A stretch of 64,000 nucleotides of DNA from Schizosaccharomyces osmophilus (lineage: Eukaryota): NCBI RefSeq assembly GCF_027921745.1, contig NC_079239.1, positions 2,976,001 through 3,040,000 of the forward strand. The letters are read 5' to 3'. Both the position numbers and the translations under genes were made by a program. Below, piece by piece: positions 22,423-33,033 of this stretch. How positions within the stretch are numbered: position 1 is the stretch's first letter; each line of letters begins with the position of its first letter. The notes beneath the pieces are model-generated. The model was given only the letters and a program-made list of their open reading frames with translations. It made no database searches and had not been told where the DNA came from.

Positions 22423-24561
22423 ATGAGTGTAGGTGCTGCCCAACAAAGCCAACATGCCAAGTCGTATTTGGCCGATATTCACAGAGCTCTTAGGATACCA
22501 TCTCCTATACCTAGTACAGACTACGAGGGCTCAGACTACGCTTCAAGTTTGGTTTCCTTGTCAAGAAGAAACACGAGAGATCTTGAAAAGGAACATAGTA
22601 ACGTTTCTTCCGTCTCTGCATCCATTGACGATACTGACGTGACAGAGGAAAACGATAGTTTTGCTTACGATCAAGGCCGTCTAAGCTCAAGCTTCAATGA
22701 TATTGACATCTCAGATACCTCAGGCAGGGATGAAAAGTCACCCAGGTCTTCAATCAACTCACTTCCCGGTCTCAATGTCACTCAAAACCTGGTAAACTTG
22801 TCCGATATTCACTCTCGGAGCAACTCTAAATCCAGTACGGCTTCGGCTCATTCCTCCGCTACTCAAAAATCGCTTACTTCAACCCAATGCAGAAGCCCTT
22901 TTTCTAATAGAAGCTTCGACAATTTGGTAATTCCCAAGAAAAACCCGGCACGCTCAATGAGTAATAACATGACTAATCCATCAAAAGAATTAATACGAGA
23001 GGATTCTAATGCCATTTCGGATAATGCCCTATCGTCGTCTCCTATGAATTACAATATGGAATCCCCAATTCAGCATACACACACCCCTTCTGATTCGAGC
23101 TTTTCTAACAGTATTGTCAGTAGCGTTAGCGATATAGTAGGAACTGGAAAGCCAGTAAGCAGCATTGCCTCTTTCGGATTTTCTGATGATTCCTACTCTT
23201 TTCAAGAAGTCCATACACCCCATGTATCCGATGAAGAAACAACCCCACAAGAAAACAGAACTGATATTTATCGGTCGAATTCTATTGATGAAGAAGAGAA
23301 CCCAATATCTTCTATGGAATCATCAATGCGTTCTCAAGAATGTACTTTGGATGACGATAATCATCTCACTCTACTTCCTAAAGTTATGTCTTTGCCGGAT
23401 CCTAGATTTACGAATGTTTTGTCGGCTTTTGATGCATTGACTAGAAAGTATTTGCTTCGAGAGAACTCGAAGGTTGTGCATGCATCAAGCAATGAAGGTT
23501 TTTCGCCTCCATCTAAACGTGTTGTGAATTCATGTTTCATGCCTGCTAGAGATGAGTCGATCTACAGCCGATACTCTTTATCTACTCCAAATTCGCAAGG
23601 TAGAGGTCGACTCTATGTTCGTTTGGAAGGGATCCGAAACTTAACAATTCCTCTTGCCTCTGGTGTAACTACGAATTTCACATATCAGGTTAAGGGAAAT
23701 AAAGGTACTGCTCCTTGGCAACCTTTGCATACTACCACAAGCATAGAAAAAGAATATGTTTTTGATGAATCTTCGGATCCTTCTATTGTTTGGACTTTGA
23801 GAGCAAGGTATGAGCCTCCTAAGACACGTTCTCGTTCCGGTTTAGGAAAGGTATTTTCGACAAGTCGACGTAAATCTTCTGTTATTGATCCTGTTTCAGA
23901 GGCTTTGCATGGTTATGTTTTGAAAGATGGAACTTTTGGTGAAATCTCGTTAGATATAGATTCAATTAGTCGGAGTGCTCTTGGTAGATGCCAGTCCATG
24001 ATGGTTCCAATTATCAATAAGTGGATAGTTGACCCTACAGTGCGTGATGCGAAGCCTTCTTCGCGAAAGATAGGTGACATGATGGTCCATGTTTTTGCTT
24101 TACCTACTTTACCCGTTTCTCCTAAGGAACTCCCTTCTTCAATTGAAGCAGCTATGGAAGACCTGAAACTTGCCGAATGGGATCGCACATTGTTGTGCGA
24201 TGGTTATTTATGCCAACAAGGAGGGGATTGTCCTTATTGGCGTCGTCGCTATTTCCAATTAATTGGCTCAAAGCTTGTAGCCTTTCAACCTTTTACGAAG
24301 ACACGTCGTGCAACCATTGAGCTATCTGAAGCCACCCACATCGTTGATGACAATCACTACAGTGATGAGGAAGAATTGGAAGGTTATTTGTATTTCGAAG
24401 CCGGGTTCAGAATTATTTTCAAAAACTCGGACTATATTGACTTCTATGCTGAGACGGTTGAGGAAAAAGAAGAGTGGATGTCTACGCTTCGCCAGTATTT
24501 GGGTCAGTGTGCTCGGGTTCGTAAGAATTGGACGAAAACATTTCTTTCATTGACGGTATAG
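22423..24561 (+). CDS. mid2: Anillin-related septin-organising protein Mid2
   Basis: Ser-rich N-terminus, GRLYVRLEG, C-terminal PH domain GYLCQQGGDCPYWRRRYFQLIG. Confidence 0.9.
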   Translation: MSVGAAQQSQHAKSYLADIHRALRIPSPIPSTDYEGSDYASSLVSLSRRNTRDLEKEHSNVSSVSASIDDTDVTEENDSFAYDQGRLSSSFNDIDISDTSGRDEKSPRSSINSLPGLNVTQNLVNLSDIHSRSNSKSSTASAHSSATQKSLTSTQCRSPFSNRSFDNLVIPKKNPARSMSNNMTNPSKELIREDSNAISDNALSSSPMNYNMESPIQHTHTPSDSSFSNSIVSSVSDIVGTGKPVSSIASFGFSDDSYSFQEVHTPHVSDEETTPQENRTDIYRSNSIDEEENPISSMESSMRSQECTLDDDNHLTLLPKVMSLPDPRFTNVLSAFDALTRKYLLRENSKVVHASSNEGFSPPSKRVVNSCFMPARDESIYSRYSLSTPNSQGRGRLYVRLEGIRNLTIPLASGVTTNFTYQVKGNKGTAPWQPLHTTTSIEKEYVFDESSDPSIVWTLRARYEPPKTRSRSGLGKVFSTSRRKSSVIDPVSEALHGYVLKDGTFGEISLDIDSISRSALGRCQSMMVPIINKWIVDPTVRDAKPSSRKIGDMMVHVFALPTLPVSPKELPSSIEAAMEDLKLAEWDRTLLCDGYLCQQGGDCPYWRRRYFQLIGSKLVAFQPFTKTRRATIELSEATHIVDDNHYSDEEELEGYLYFEAGFRIIFKNSDYIDFYAETVEEKEEWMSTLRQYLGQCARVRKNWTKTFLSLTV

Positions 24562-25340
24562 ACAATGCACTGAAGTGGAAACGAGTGGGAGTTTGAGAAT
24601 TTAATTGCATTTTTGGACTAAATATTTAAGCATTTATTACATACATTGGAATTACCATTATTGTTACTGTTTGTTGTGTTGAAGTTTTTATTGCATTCGG
24701 TACAATGCTTGAGCCTGATATTAATATTACGTTTTGGGTCACAATGCTGATTCGGGAGTCTTCTTTTACATAGTGATTGTTACAGTTGTCCTTGTCTCAT
24801 CTAATTTAATCATCTACATGTCGGGCTTTAGAAACTATAATGGGAATTTTGTTGAGAAGTCGAACAGCTTGTACATAACGTTAGGTTTTGTTGTTATTTT
24901 TTTTATTATTAATTAGATTGATTGAAGAAGACGGATGTTTTAGAAATATTAATAAATATATTTGCATACGTTTAACTTTACCTTTGTCTACCAGTACTAA
25001 CGCTTCCAAGCTAATAAACTGTAACTGAATAAATGCTAGTGTAAAGCAACTAGAAGTGGCTAAATGTAATTCTGTAATCTTATCGATTTTTTGCTTATTC
25101 ACAGTATCGTGCTATTTCAAAGTTCCTGTCTATATGTTCAGAAACAATTTTCAAGCTTTATTGGAAATTCACAAGAGCTTTTTATACTCACATTTTGCAT
25201 TATATACATGCCTATATGAATCTCTTGTTTGTGCTTGTTTTTATAATTGCTCATAATTAATTGTTTACGAATTTGCTAACGACATATAGCACCTTTTCAT
25301 CCATTTGAAAATCGATGAATTAGTATAATTGCTGAAAACT

Positions 25341-25370
25341 TGGTTTGTTTATAGAAATGTAAACAAACCA
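25341..25370. promoter_or_regulatory. Inverted pair of FLEX (Mei4/forkhead) sites upstream of the wtf-like gene
   Basis: TGGTTTGTTTA (25341-25351) and GTAAACAAACCA (25359-25370); a further TGTTTAC at 25262-25268. Confidence 0.65.
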
Positions 25371-25758
25371 GAAATTGCATAAGTGTTACTTGTCATTGTA
25401 ACCCACGGGTGGTTTAGCGCTTCATCAACTTGTATTCGTATTACGCAATAGCGATACTGAACGTATCGGTGTCCCAGTCAATATGTTGCGTAAATGATGC
25501 GAAATTTCTTGCTGTATGTCAACTTGTCTTTCTTCACTTCTTTGCCAATTTGTTATATTTGACTATCAATTCTAAATGCGCTAGAAGCAAAGAATAAATT
25601 GGATTTGTTTTGGGGTAGCAATCCTTTTAATTTTGCCTTTCTATAGTGCTCTGCGAGTTTTTGCGAAAATTATTCTTTGGATACGAATAAACAGCTTTTT
25701 GACTTCTTTTTAAGTTGTTTGTTTTCTTATATATCTTCTTGTTTGAACTTGTTAAAGA

Positions 25759-26658
25759 ATGTCGGAAAAAGAACTGAAAGTAGGTTTAAGCGATCCTCCT
25801 GCGTACAGCCATGTCAATGTTTACAATGTTGATCTCGAGAAGGGACTTCCTTTGTACACACAACAGGACACAAATAAATCACCCAATTCAGGTTCTTTGA
25901 AAGCCAAAGAGAAGAAAGATATAGCTATGGATCAACTTGGCGATTTTCATTCCTTTTTAGATGAAAGGAAACGTGAAGCTTCACAATTCCTAAATCGGGA
26001 ATTTCCCGACAATGTAGTTGTTAAGGAGAAATCGCAACGATTGTTATCTACAATTATTCCCTCTTTGGTGTGTGTCTGTGCGATATCTTACTACTTCCGA
26101 ACATATACTTTTCTAGTCGATGGCTTTAAAGATTGGGGCAATTGGCCCTTGGGTCCTCTGATTATTCATGTTGTGATATTCATAGTATTTGTAGCTGCTT
26201 TTTTTTGTGAGTTCAACCATTTCCAATTTATCGATACGTTTGATTGTTTACTAACAAAAATATTAGGTCTTCATTCAATTATTCTCGGGACTGTTAGAAG
26301 ATTACTTTATGTGGTCATCTTGATGGGTTGTATCCTTCCATTCCTATTCAGTGCTATCGGAAACATATACAGTGCTATTCACAGTGCTATCGGAAACATA
26401 TACAGTGCTATTGGAAAAATCATTGGTATGGTCGTAGATATCTTGATGTACGGTGCAGGTACCATAATATGCGGTGTTGGCTATGGATTGTATTGCACTC
26501 TTTTAGCCTGTCTTGGTTTAAACTTTGTAAGCTCAACGGAGCACACGAGTTCGCCTACGCTTCCCAGCTATCAGCAAAGAGACAATGCACTTGCTCCTCC
26601 ACCGACGGATACAAATGAAGAAATAGAGTTGCAGACTAATCCTAGTACTCAAATTTAG
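25759..26658 (+). CDS. wtf-like (meiotic driver/suppressor family, or related wtf-associated family) multi-pass membrane protein; probable exons 25759-26206 and 26267-26658, 279 aa
   Basis: PPAY and DLEKGLPLY at the N-terminus (compare recalled S. pombe Wtf IDLEKGPLPEY), four or more hydrophobic segments, SAIGNIY repeats, upstream FLEX sites and a downstream 5S rDNA remnant. Confidence 0.7.
   Translation: MSEKELKVGLSDPPAYSHVNVYNVDLEKGLPLYTQQDTNKSPNSGSLKAKEKKDIAMDQLGDFHSFLDERKREASQFLNREFPDNVVVKEKSQRLLSTIIPSLVCVCAISYYFRTYTFLVDGFKDWGNWPLGPLIIHVVIFIVFVAAFFCEFNHFQFIDTFDCLLTKILGLHSIILGTVRRLLYVVILMGCILPFLFSAIGNIYSAIHSAIGNIYSAIGKIIGMVVDILMYGAGTIICGVGYGLYCTLLACLGLNFVSSTEHTSSPTLPSYQQRDNALAPPPTDTNEEIELQTNPSTQI
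26349..26412 (+). repeat. In-frame 33-bp tandem repeat (21+12-bp subunits)
   Basis: CAGTGCTATCGGAAACATATACAGTGCTATTCA followed by an identical 31-nt copy; encodes SAIGNIYSAIHSAIGNIYSAI. Confidence 0.95.
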
Positions 26659-27132
26659 TTCCGTTCATTTGTCTTCTTTTCTCTAGTTTGTTTGGACTTT
26701 ACTGCTAAGGCTGATCTCGATTGGTTATGAATTGCTTTGATGAACCATTATTTATAAACTTTATTATTATTTCAATTTTAGCTCGAATTGGCTTAAAACT
26801 AAGAAAGAATCATTGTATTAGTATGAGTTGATGACCGCAATTACAAGAAATGCATTTTAATTTCTCATTTCAAAGGCATTGAGTTGCTATGACCGCGGAA
26901 ATTGAAAACGCAAGACTTACTGCAGCTACTCTATTAATTTATTATGACTAATATTGTTGAATTCCTTAATCAGACGACTTTGAATTCATTTCATTCACAT
27001 TAGGTCCCTTTTTTTTGCTTCCTGTTATTTTTTATGGAGCATTTTTGACAGAAGAAATTGAACAAGCATTCCCAACCATAAACCAACATTCAACAAGCCA
27101 AAAAAGAACAAAAGTAAAAGAAAGTAGGAGGG

Positions 27133-27188
27133 AGCCTACAGCACACAGGATTCCCATGTTGTCTTCAACCATAGTACTAAATAACGAG
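27133..27188 (-). pseudogene. Truncated 5S rDNA fragment (3' half only)
   Basis: Minus strand CTCGTTA[TTTA]GTACTATGGTTGAAGACAACATGGGAATCCTGTGTGCTGTAGGCT matches the recalled S. pombe 5S rRNA 3' half with about 3 substitutions and a 4-nt insertion; T-runs follow; 5' half not seen. Confidence 0.88.
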
Positions 27189-27717
27189 ACAGCCTGGTCT
27201 GAAATGATGTAGTTTCTCTTGTTATTTTAAAGTTGAAATAAAACGCCGCAGCCGTGATGTTCAAAGCTCAAGATTTTTCGTAGTAAAGCTTGCATAAATT
27301 GTACTATGATTTTATGTGGTTCAATCGAAGATTATAAGCTATTTTTATTAAACCAAAACCGTCGGATTTTATTAATGACTGACTTTTTGGATTAATCTAA
27401 CAATAATTAAAATTTCCGTACTTTAGAAATAAATTGCATTTTTCTATACTTTGTTTATTTTTAGTAATACTACGTGCAATAGTATTATTCTATTTACATA
27501 TATTGTAGTAGAGCTATCGACGCTAATAAGTATAATCGTATAAGAGGCACATTTCGTGACAGTATTATATCTCAAATGCAACAATTACAGACGTGTGCGT
27601 AAGTCAAATCCTAGCCAAAACCCATTACTTTCTAGTTTTGGGGCCTGGTATTTGAAGCATGTTTAACCTCGGAAAAATAAATTTCAATTACAATTGTAAC
27701 TCTAAAGCGTCGTGAAA

Positions 27718-29796
27718 ATGGAATTAACCCAAGAAAAAGAGTAAGTAGCACAGACTTACACCAGTATTGAGTAATCCGAGGAAATTAACAGTATAAACTT
27801 TTAGGCTTTTAATTTTTCTCCTAAGAATGCAATATTATCGAACATCGCATAATCCGGTGGATGAAAAGGTAGTTGCTGCAGATATACCGAAAATCCAACA
27901 ATTGAGAAAGTATCAGGATTTATTAGGGAAAAGCTATTCATTCACACAATTACCGTTAGAGAGTCCTCCGATTCTTGCTAGTGAATTTACCGCTTCCTTG
28001 GAAAAAACTTCAGGAAACAGGAAGAACGCACCGCGAAACTCCAAGGACGGTTCTCACAGCAATTCGAACTTTGAAGACTCGGATTATGCTATTTCAGATA
28101 TTTCAGAGTTTTCGGATATGGTTGATCACGAGAATTCATGCATGTTTTCCTTCACCAAAGTTCCAATGCGAGGGAATACACATTCTGAGAGCGAGGATAA
28201 TCTAAACCAGGCACAGAAAAATATCAGAAAAGGTATGGAAAGCCGCCTATCGAATGAAAAGACCATTAAACCAAAAATAAATAATAGTCAATCGGTTTCC
28301 CACTTTAGCAGCTTATCATCTGAATATGAACGGGTCTTGAATTCATTTTCAGATGAGTCTTTACAAATTAGCGATGGAGAGATAGGTATATATTCTTATC
28401 AAAATTCAATAAAAAATGAGGAGGAGGAAGCTGGCTTTAGATCTTTTGAAAAGTCTCGGGAACAGGTCGATGATGATACGTTGAAAAAAGTACCAACTAT
28501 TGTGAAACAGCCAGAGTCTGCATTGCGAAAGCTTTTTGAGAATGCAAATTCGTCAACTCAACAAAATCCTTTGGCGGATAACTTTGCTGGTTTTTCAGGA
28601 CGTGCTGAACCAAATCCTTTGAAACTAAAAATATACTGCCCTTTCAGCGAGAATGCTTCCCAGCCAATGTATGTTGAGTTGCGACATAGTATATTAGTTT
28701 CCGAAGCAATAGGCTATATTCTCTTCCAGTATATTAGTCAAAGTATCATGCCGTTGATTGAAGACGAAGCACAGAATCCAAATTATTGGAACTTGCGTAT
28801 CGTGGAAGATGATGGAGAGTTGGATGATGATTTTCCTGCTCTTGATCGTACCGGGCCCTTAGCGAAATTTTCTTTTGATGCATTTGCCTTAGTAAAAGCT
28901 ACCAATGCTCAAATAAAAGAGAACCAGGCTGCTTTTCCATTCGTTACAACAAAAAAAAAGTTGGCTCCTGTATCTGATGATGATCATTTGCATATACGCA
29001 ATTTAAGCTCTACTTCAAATAATTCTCACAAAGTTGGTGAGAGTGATAAGGATATATTTAACTCCATGCATGTTGTACAAATCCGGTTGTATCCTTATGG
29101 AGAAAGTTCACGTTTTTGTAATGTTGAGGTTTCAAAAAATACACGTTTTGCTATGGTTTTAAATCAAGTTTGCTGGATGAAACAGCTGGAACGTTTCAAA
29201 TACACTTTACGAATTGCGGATTCAAACGTTACTCTCCCTTTAGATAAAACCTTTCAATCAATTGATGGCTTCCCAACTCTAGAGTTGGTGAAAAAGAAAA
29301 TGAGAGATAAGAAAGGACCGGGTCTTCCTGTAAGTACTCCCTCTCCAGAAGAGTCTACCTATAACTCTACTAAGAAAGATTATTTTCCGCCGGCATATAA
29401 CGCTGCAGACATTATGTCCAGTAATACTTATCAAGAGTTTATTGTTTGGAAACGTCAGCCTGTCTCGTTTATGGGACGACATGAACGATTACTCGCTATT
29501 GACGGTGAATATATACACATAATGCCTTCAGAATCTCGAAATATTTTCGAAACGCCCAAGACTACTAGCATTCATGTCGGGTCAATAATTATTTGCAAAC
29601 AATCGAAAAAATCACCATGTAATTTCAAATTGATTATATCGAGAAACCGAGAGACAAAAAGGTAAGAATCAACTTTTACATTCTAGCAACACTAACGCAT
29701 TTTAGATACGATTTCGAGGTTTTATCATCACTGGAGGCCGCGGTTATTGTTAGCAGGGTTCGGACGCTAATGAGTGCTATAGCCAGGAACTATTAA
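27718..29796 (+). CDS. sin1: TORC2 subunit Sin1 (exons 27718-27740, 27805-29661, 29706-29796)
   Basis: CRIM domain VSEAIGYIL..WNLRIVEDDGELDDDFPALDR; PH domain RHERLLAIDGEYIHIMP; canonical introns. Confidence 0.94.
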
Positions 29797-29856
29797 AAGT
29801 CGGGTTTTCTATTCATAATAGAATTCATGGATATTTTTGGGAATTATGAGTAACAA

Positions 29857-31389
29857 TCAAACATCTTCGAAGTCTGCATCGTCCTCATCATCGTCGACGT
29901 TTTCTTCGTTGTTATCATTGATAATGACATGTTGTTCTTTTGTATCATCGTTTATGTTAAGCGATTCAGAATTTTCTGTATGTAAGTAATTATAATTAGC
30001 CGTGGTATCTTCCGTTTTTATTTTTTTAGGGTCATCATAATTGTTCTTATTTAGATCTTCTTGTTTTCTTTTTACGTGATTAGTCGGAGAAGTAGACGGC
30101 AGACTTGGGACATCCTCAAATTCCTCGTCTTCGTCCTCATCATCGACAATATTAACACTAGGCTCCTGTTGTGTGTCTGTATGCTGTTTCTTAGCACGTA
30201 GACTTGCATAGTAAGCATCTAATGCAGACTTTTCAGTACTGAAATCCTTCTTTTTGTCTTCCTCTTCTTCCACCGTTTCTGAAGAATTGTTGCTATAGTT
30301 AGCATTTTTGGCTCCTACCCTAGTAATTCCACCAGAAATTGTAGACATTGCATGCCATTCAGGAACAGTATTTTGCAAAGCCGCAGCTTGTTTGTCCATG
30401 TTCTTGATCCGAACATCCTCTGCAGACTCTGCCCCTGTAGAAAAGTCAACAGTAATTGAGGGTGAAGAAGTAGCATTACGTAAATCTGCGCTGGATTTGG
30501 GAACGCTTTGAGAAGCAAAGGTTTGATTCTCTACTGATATAGGAACAGCTCTTTCGAGTGCAGTTTGGAAATTGTTCTGAGGCACAACCGTCTCATCTAC
30601 TTGCTTTAGAGCCTCAATGATTTTGCTGACTTGACCCATTAAACGGCCTAAACGCTTTTGACTAGACATCATTTCTGCGCTTTCTTCATCATCCTTTAGT
30701 TCTGTCGCACAATCACTACATAAGAAAGTACCTTCTGGAGTCACCAAGGATAGTACATCTAAGCTTGAATATTTCTTCTGGCAAAACGGACAGACATAAC
30801 CTTTTGAATCAAAATCCTATTTTGGTTAATATGAAACTTTGGGTAATAGGACAAGCTTCAGTTCCCTAAGTGATAAATCATCCTCCTTGCGGTTACAAGA
30901 TACAGGATTTCATTTACTCTAAAGGAAGAACTCGAGAAAGTAAAACCAATATATATGACTTACACTACGCATCCTGTCTTCGACAGTTTTGACCAACTGA
31001 TGCATACGCCATTTGATGCTATCGATCGTGAAGCAATAATCGATATAAAAGTACGTAGTCTGGATTTGCCTTTGTTGTCCCTCTTTCACTTCTGCCCTAC
31101 TCTGACTATTATCAGTTAGAAGAATAATATCAGTAGCCTTACATTGCCAATAAACGATCTTCTCTGAGTTTACCCGCAAGAAAGCGACATTCTTTGATAG
31201 GAATACCCATCAATATAGCAGCTTGCTCATCAGTTAAGCTATTAAATTTATTAGTATTGTCTGAAAGCGAAATGAAACATACGCAGAGTGTCTTAAAACA
31301 GCATCCATAAAAATGATATGCCGAGTCTCATAGAAAGCCCGCATGATCATTTTTATTAGTCTTTGCACAACCTCCGGTGCATTTGACAT
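29857..31389 (-). CDS. tfa1: TFIIE alpha subunit (multi-exon)
   Basis: ATG 31389 MSNAPEVVQRLIKMIMRAFYE; YFYIDY; zinc ribbon YVCPFC..FLCSDC; acidic C-terminus DFEDV. Confidence 0.92.
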
Positions 31390-31722
31390 TATTAATGTTT
31401 CAAGACGAAAGAATTGGGTATGATATGCAACTTTGCACAGGTCGAAATTTTTCCTGCGTCAGTATGGTTTTGCTTGAACCCTTATGGCAATTATGTACAC
31501 CTGAATGGATGCTTACAGAAGAGTAAGTAGAATTCTAATACTTGAATTAATATTTATTGTAAATTTCGTAAGCAAAGGAAAGTGATATTCTTTTCATTCA
31601 AGTATTTATTATCATAAACAGAGGCAAACCAAGAATGTAAAACTTGTTTCAATTTACGTTTATTTTTAATGAATAAATAATACTTATAAGTTAAGAGAAA
31701 ATATGGGAAACCGTAAACGAAG

Positions 31723-33033
31723 TTAGAGTGAGCCATCGGCTTCCAAGACATAATCATAACTATAATTGGCATGGGACATAATCTGGTCATCAGGTTGCGT
31801 TATTTCATGAATAGTTAGACGAAGTTTCTGATATGCAGCGTCGCTATAACAAATCATCAGGGTCATCTCATCAAGCCAATGAAGAAGAACTGGACTCGAT
31901 TGGTACAGCTGGATTCTCCAATGGGCACGTTTTCCATTGTCAATCAACTTAAGCATTTTCCTTTTCCAATGTGTCTGACGGAGTGATTCATTTCTTGGTG
32001 AAAGTAGTTCATGTGTGTCCTGAGGATCGGGGATTGGAGGCTTTATACTCCTCTTGGCATTGGGACTCCCGTGTAACGAGAATACGTGCAAAGTCTCTTT
32101 CGTACTAGCACATGCCAATAGTAATTCATCAGGTGAAAATGCCAATTGGCTAATAGATGCATACTGATAGCCCCTTCGAAACTCAGATACCTTTTCTCCT
32201 GTTTCTGCATTCCATACTCTAAGAAGGGTACCAGAGGAAGATGAAGAGGCAACTTTGGAACCCGATTTAGATATACCTAAACAAGAAATTTCGCTGTCAT
32301 GTGCTGAAATAATGCTCGTGTTGATAAGCTCTTTTAGCAAAAATAAAATCTGGACTTGTCCGATTTTTTTCGAGGGAAAAACCACCGCGGTTTTTTCCTT
32401 CGTGGTCACCATAGAACATAAACCTAAGTGAATTAGTCAATATATATCTGTTTTCGAAAGTGATGAACAAACCTTTAGGGTTTTGGGTGTCTATAGTCCT
32501 AAGTAATTTCATAGCATGGGTAAAATGATACAAAAAGAGTTTTGAAGCAGTAGCAATAACCAAACTTGGAGTCGTTAGTTTGTTTTTCTTGTCAAGAGAA
32601 ACCCTACCAGCACATACTGTTCACCATTAAACGATAATCCTTTAATTTCAAAGTGTAACTCAAGCTCGCGGACAGGTTTTTCCTTCACATCATCCCAAAC
32701 AATGAGCTAAACGAAAGAAATTAGGTTAAGATGTACAAAACACGAAAAATAAAGCGTACCTTATTTGATGGATATTTTGGATTGTTCCCACCTCCCACCA
32801 GCAGTAGAATATTGCTTCTATAAAGCATCTGCACTATCGAAAATCCTTCATTCTTAAATTCTGTATCTTGTCAGCAATGAATTCTCCATTATATAGTAGA
32901 AAACTTATAACCACGTACTTCTTTGAGCTCTCAACTTCAAAGGATTCAATTGAAAGATTTTGTATCCATTGTCCAGTGAAACAGATAGACATGATGCATC
33001 CTGATTTAATGATATGCTATTGACTTTCAGCAT
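31723..33033 (-). CDS. atg1803: Atg18/Hsv2-family WD-repeat PROPPIN (multi-exon)
   Basis: ATG 33033 [36 protein letters not shown] and FRRG phosphoinositide motif. Confidence 0.85.

Noticed and set aside
25759..26658. Intronless retrocopy of a wtf gene
   Set aside because: A strong canonical in-frame intron is present at 26207-26266, and no poly-A tail or target-site duplication is visible.
26527..26658. Second intron in the wtf-like gene (GTAAGC..CTAAT..TAG)
   Set aside because: The segment is relatively GC-rich, open and motif-bearing, unlike the AT-rich introns here; not excluded without RNA data.
27015..27212. 65-aa ORF
   Set aside because: TTG start and it runs through the antisense of the 5S remnant; likely spurious.
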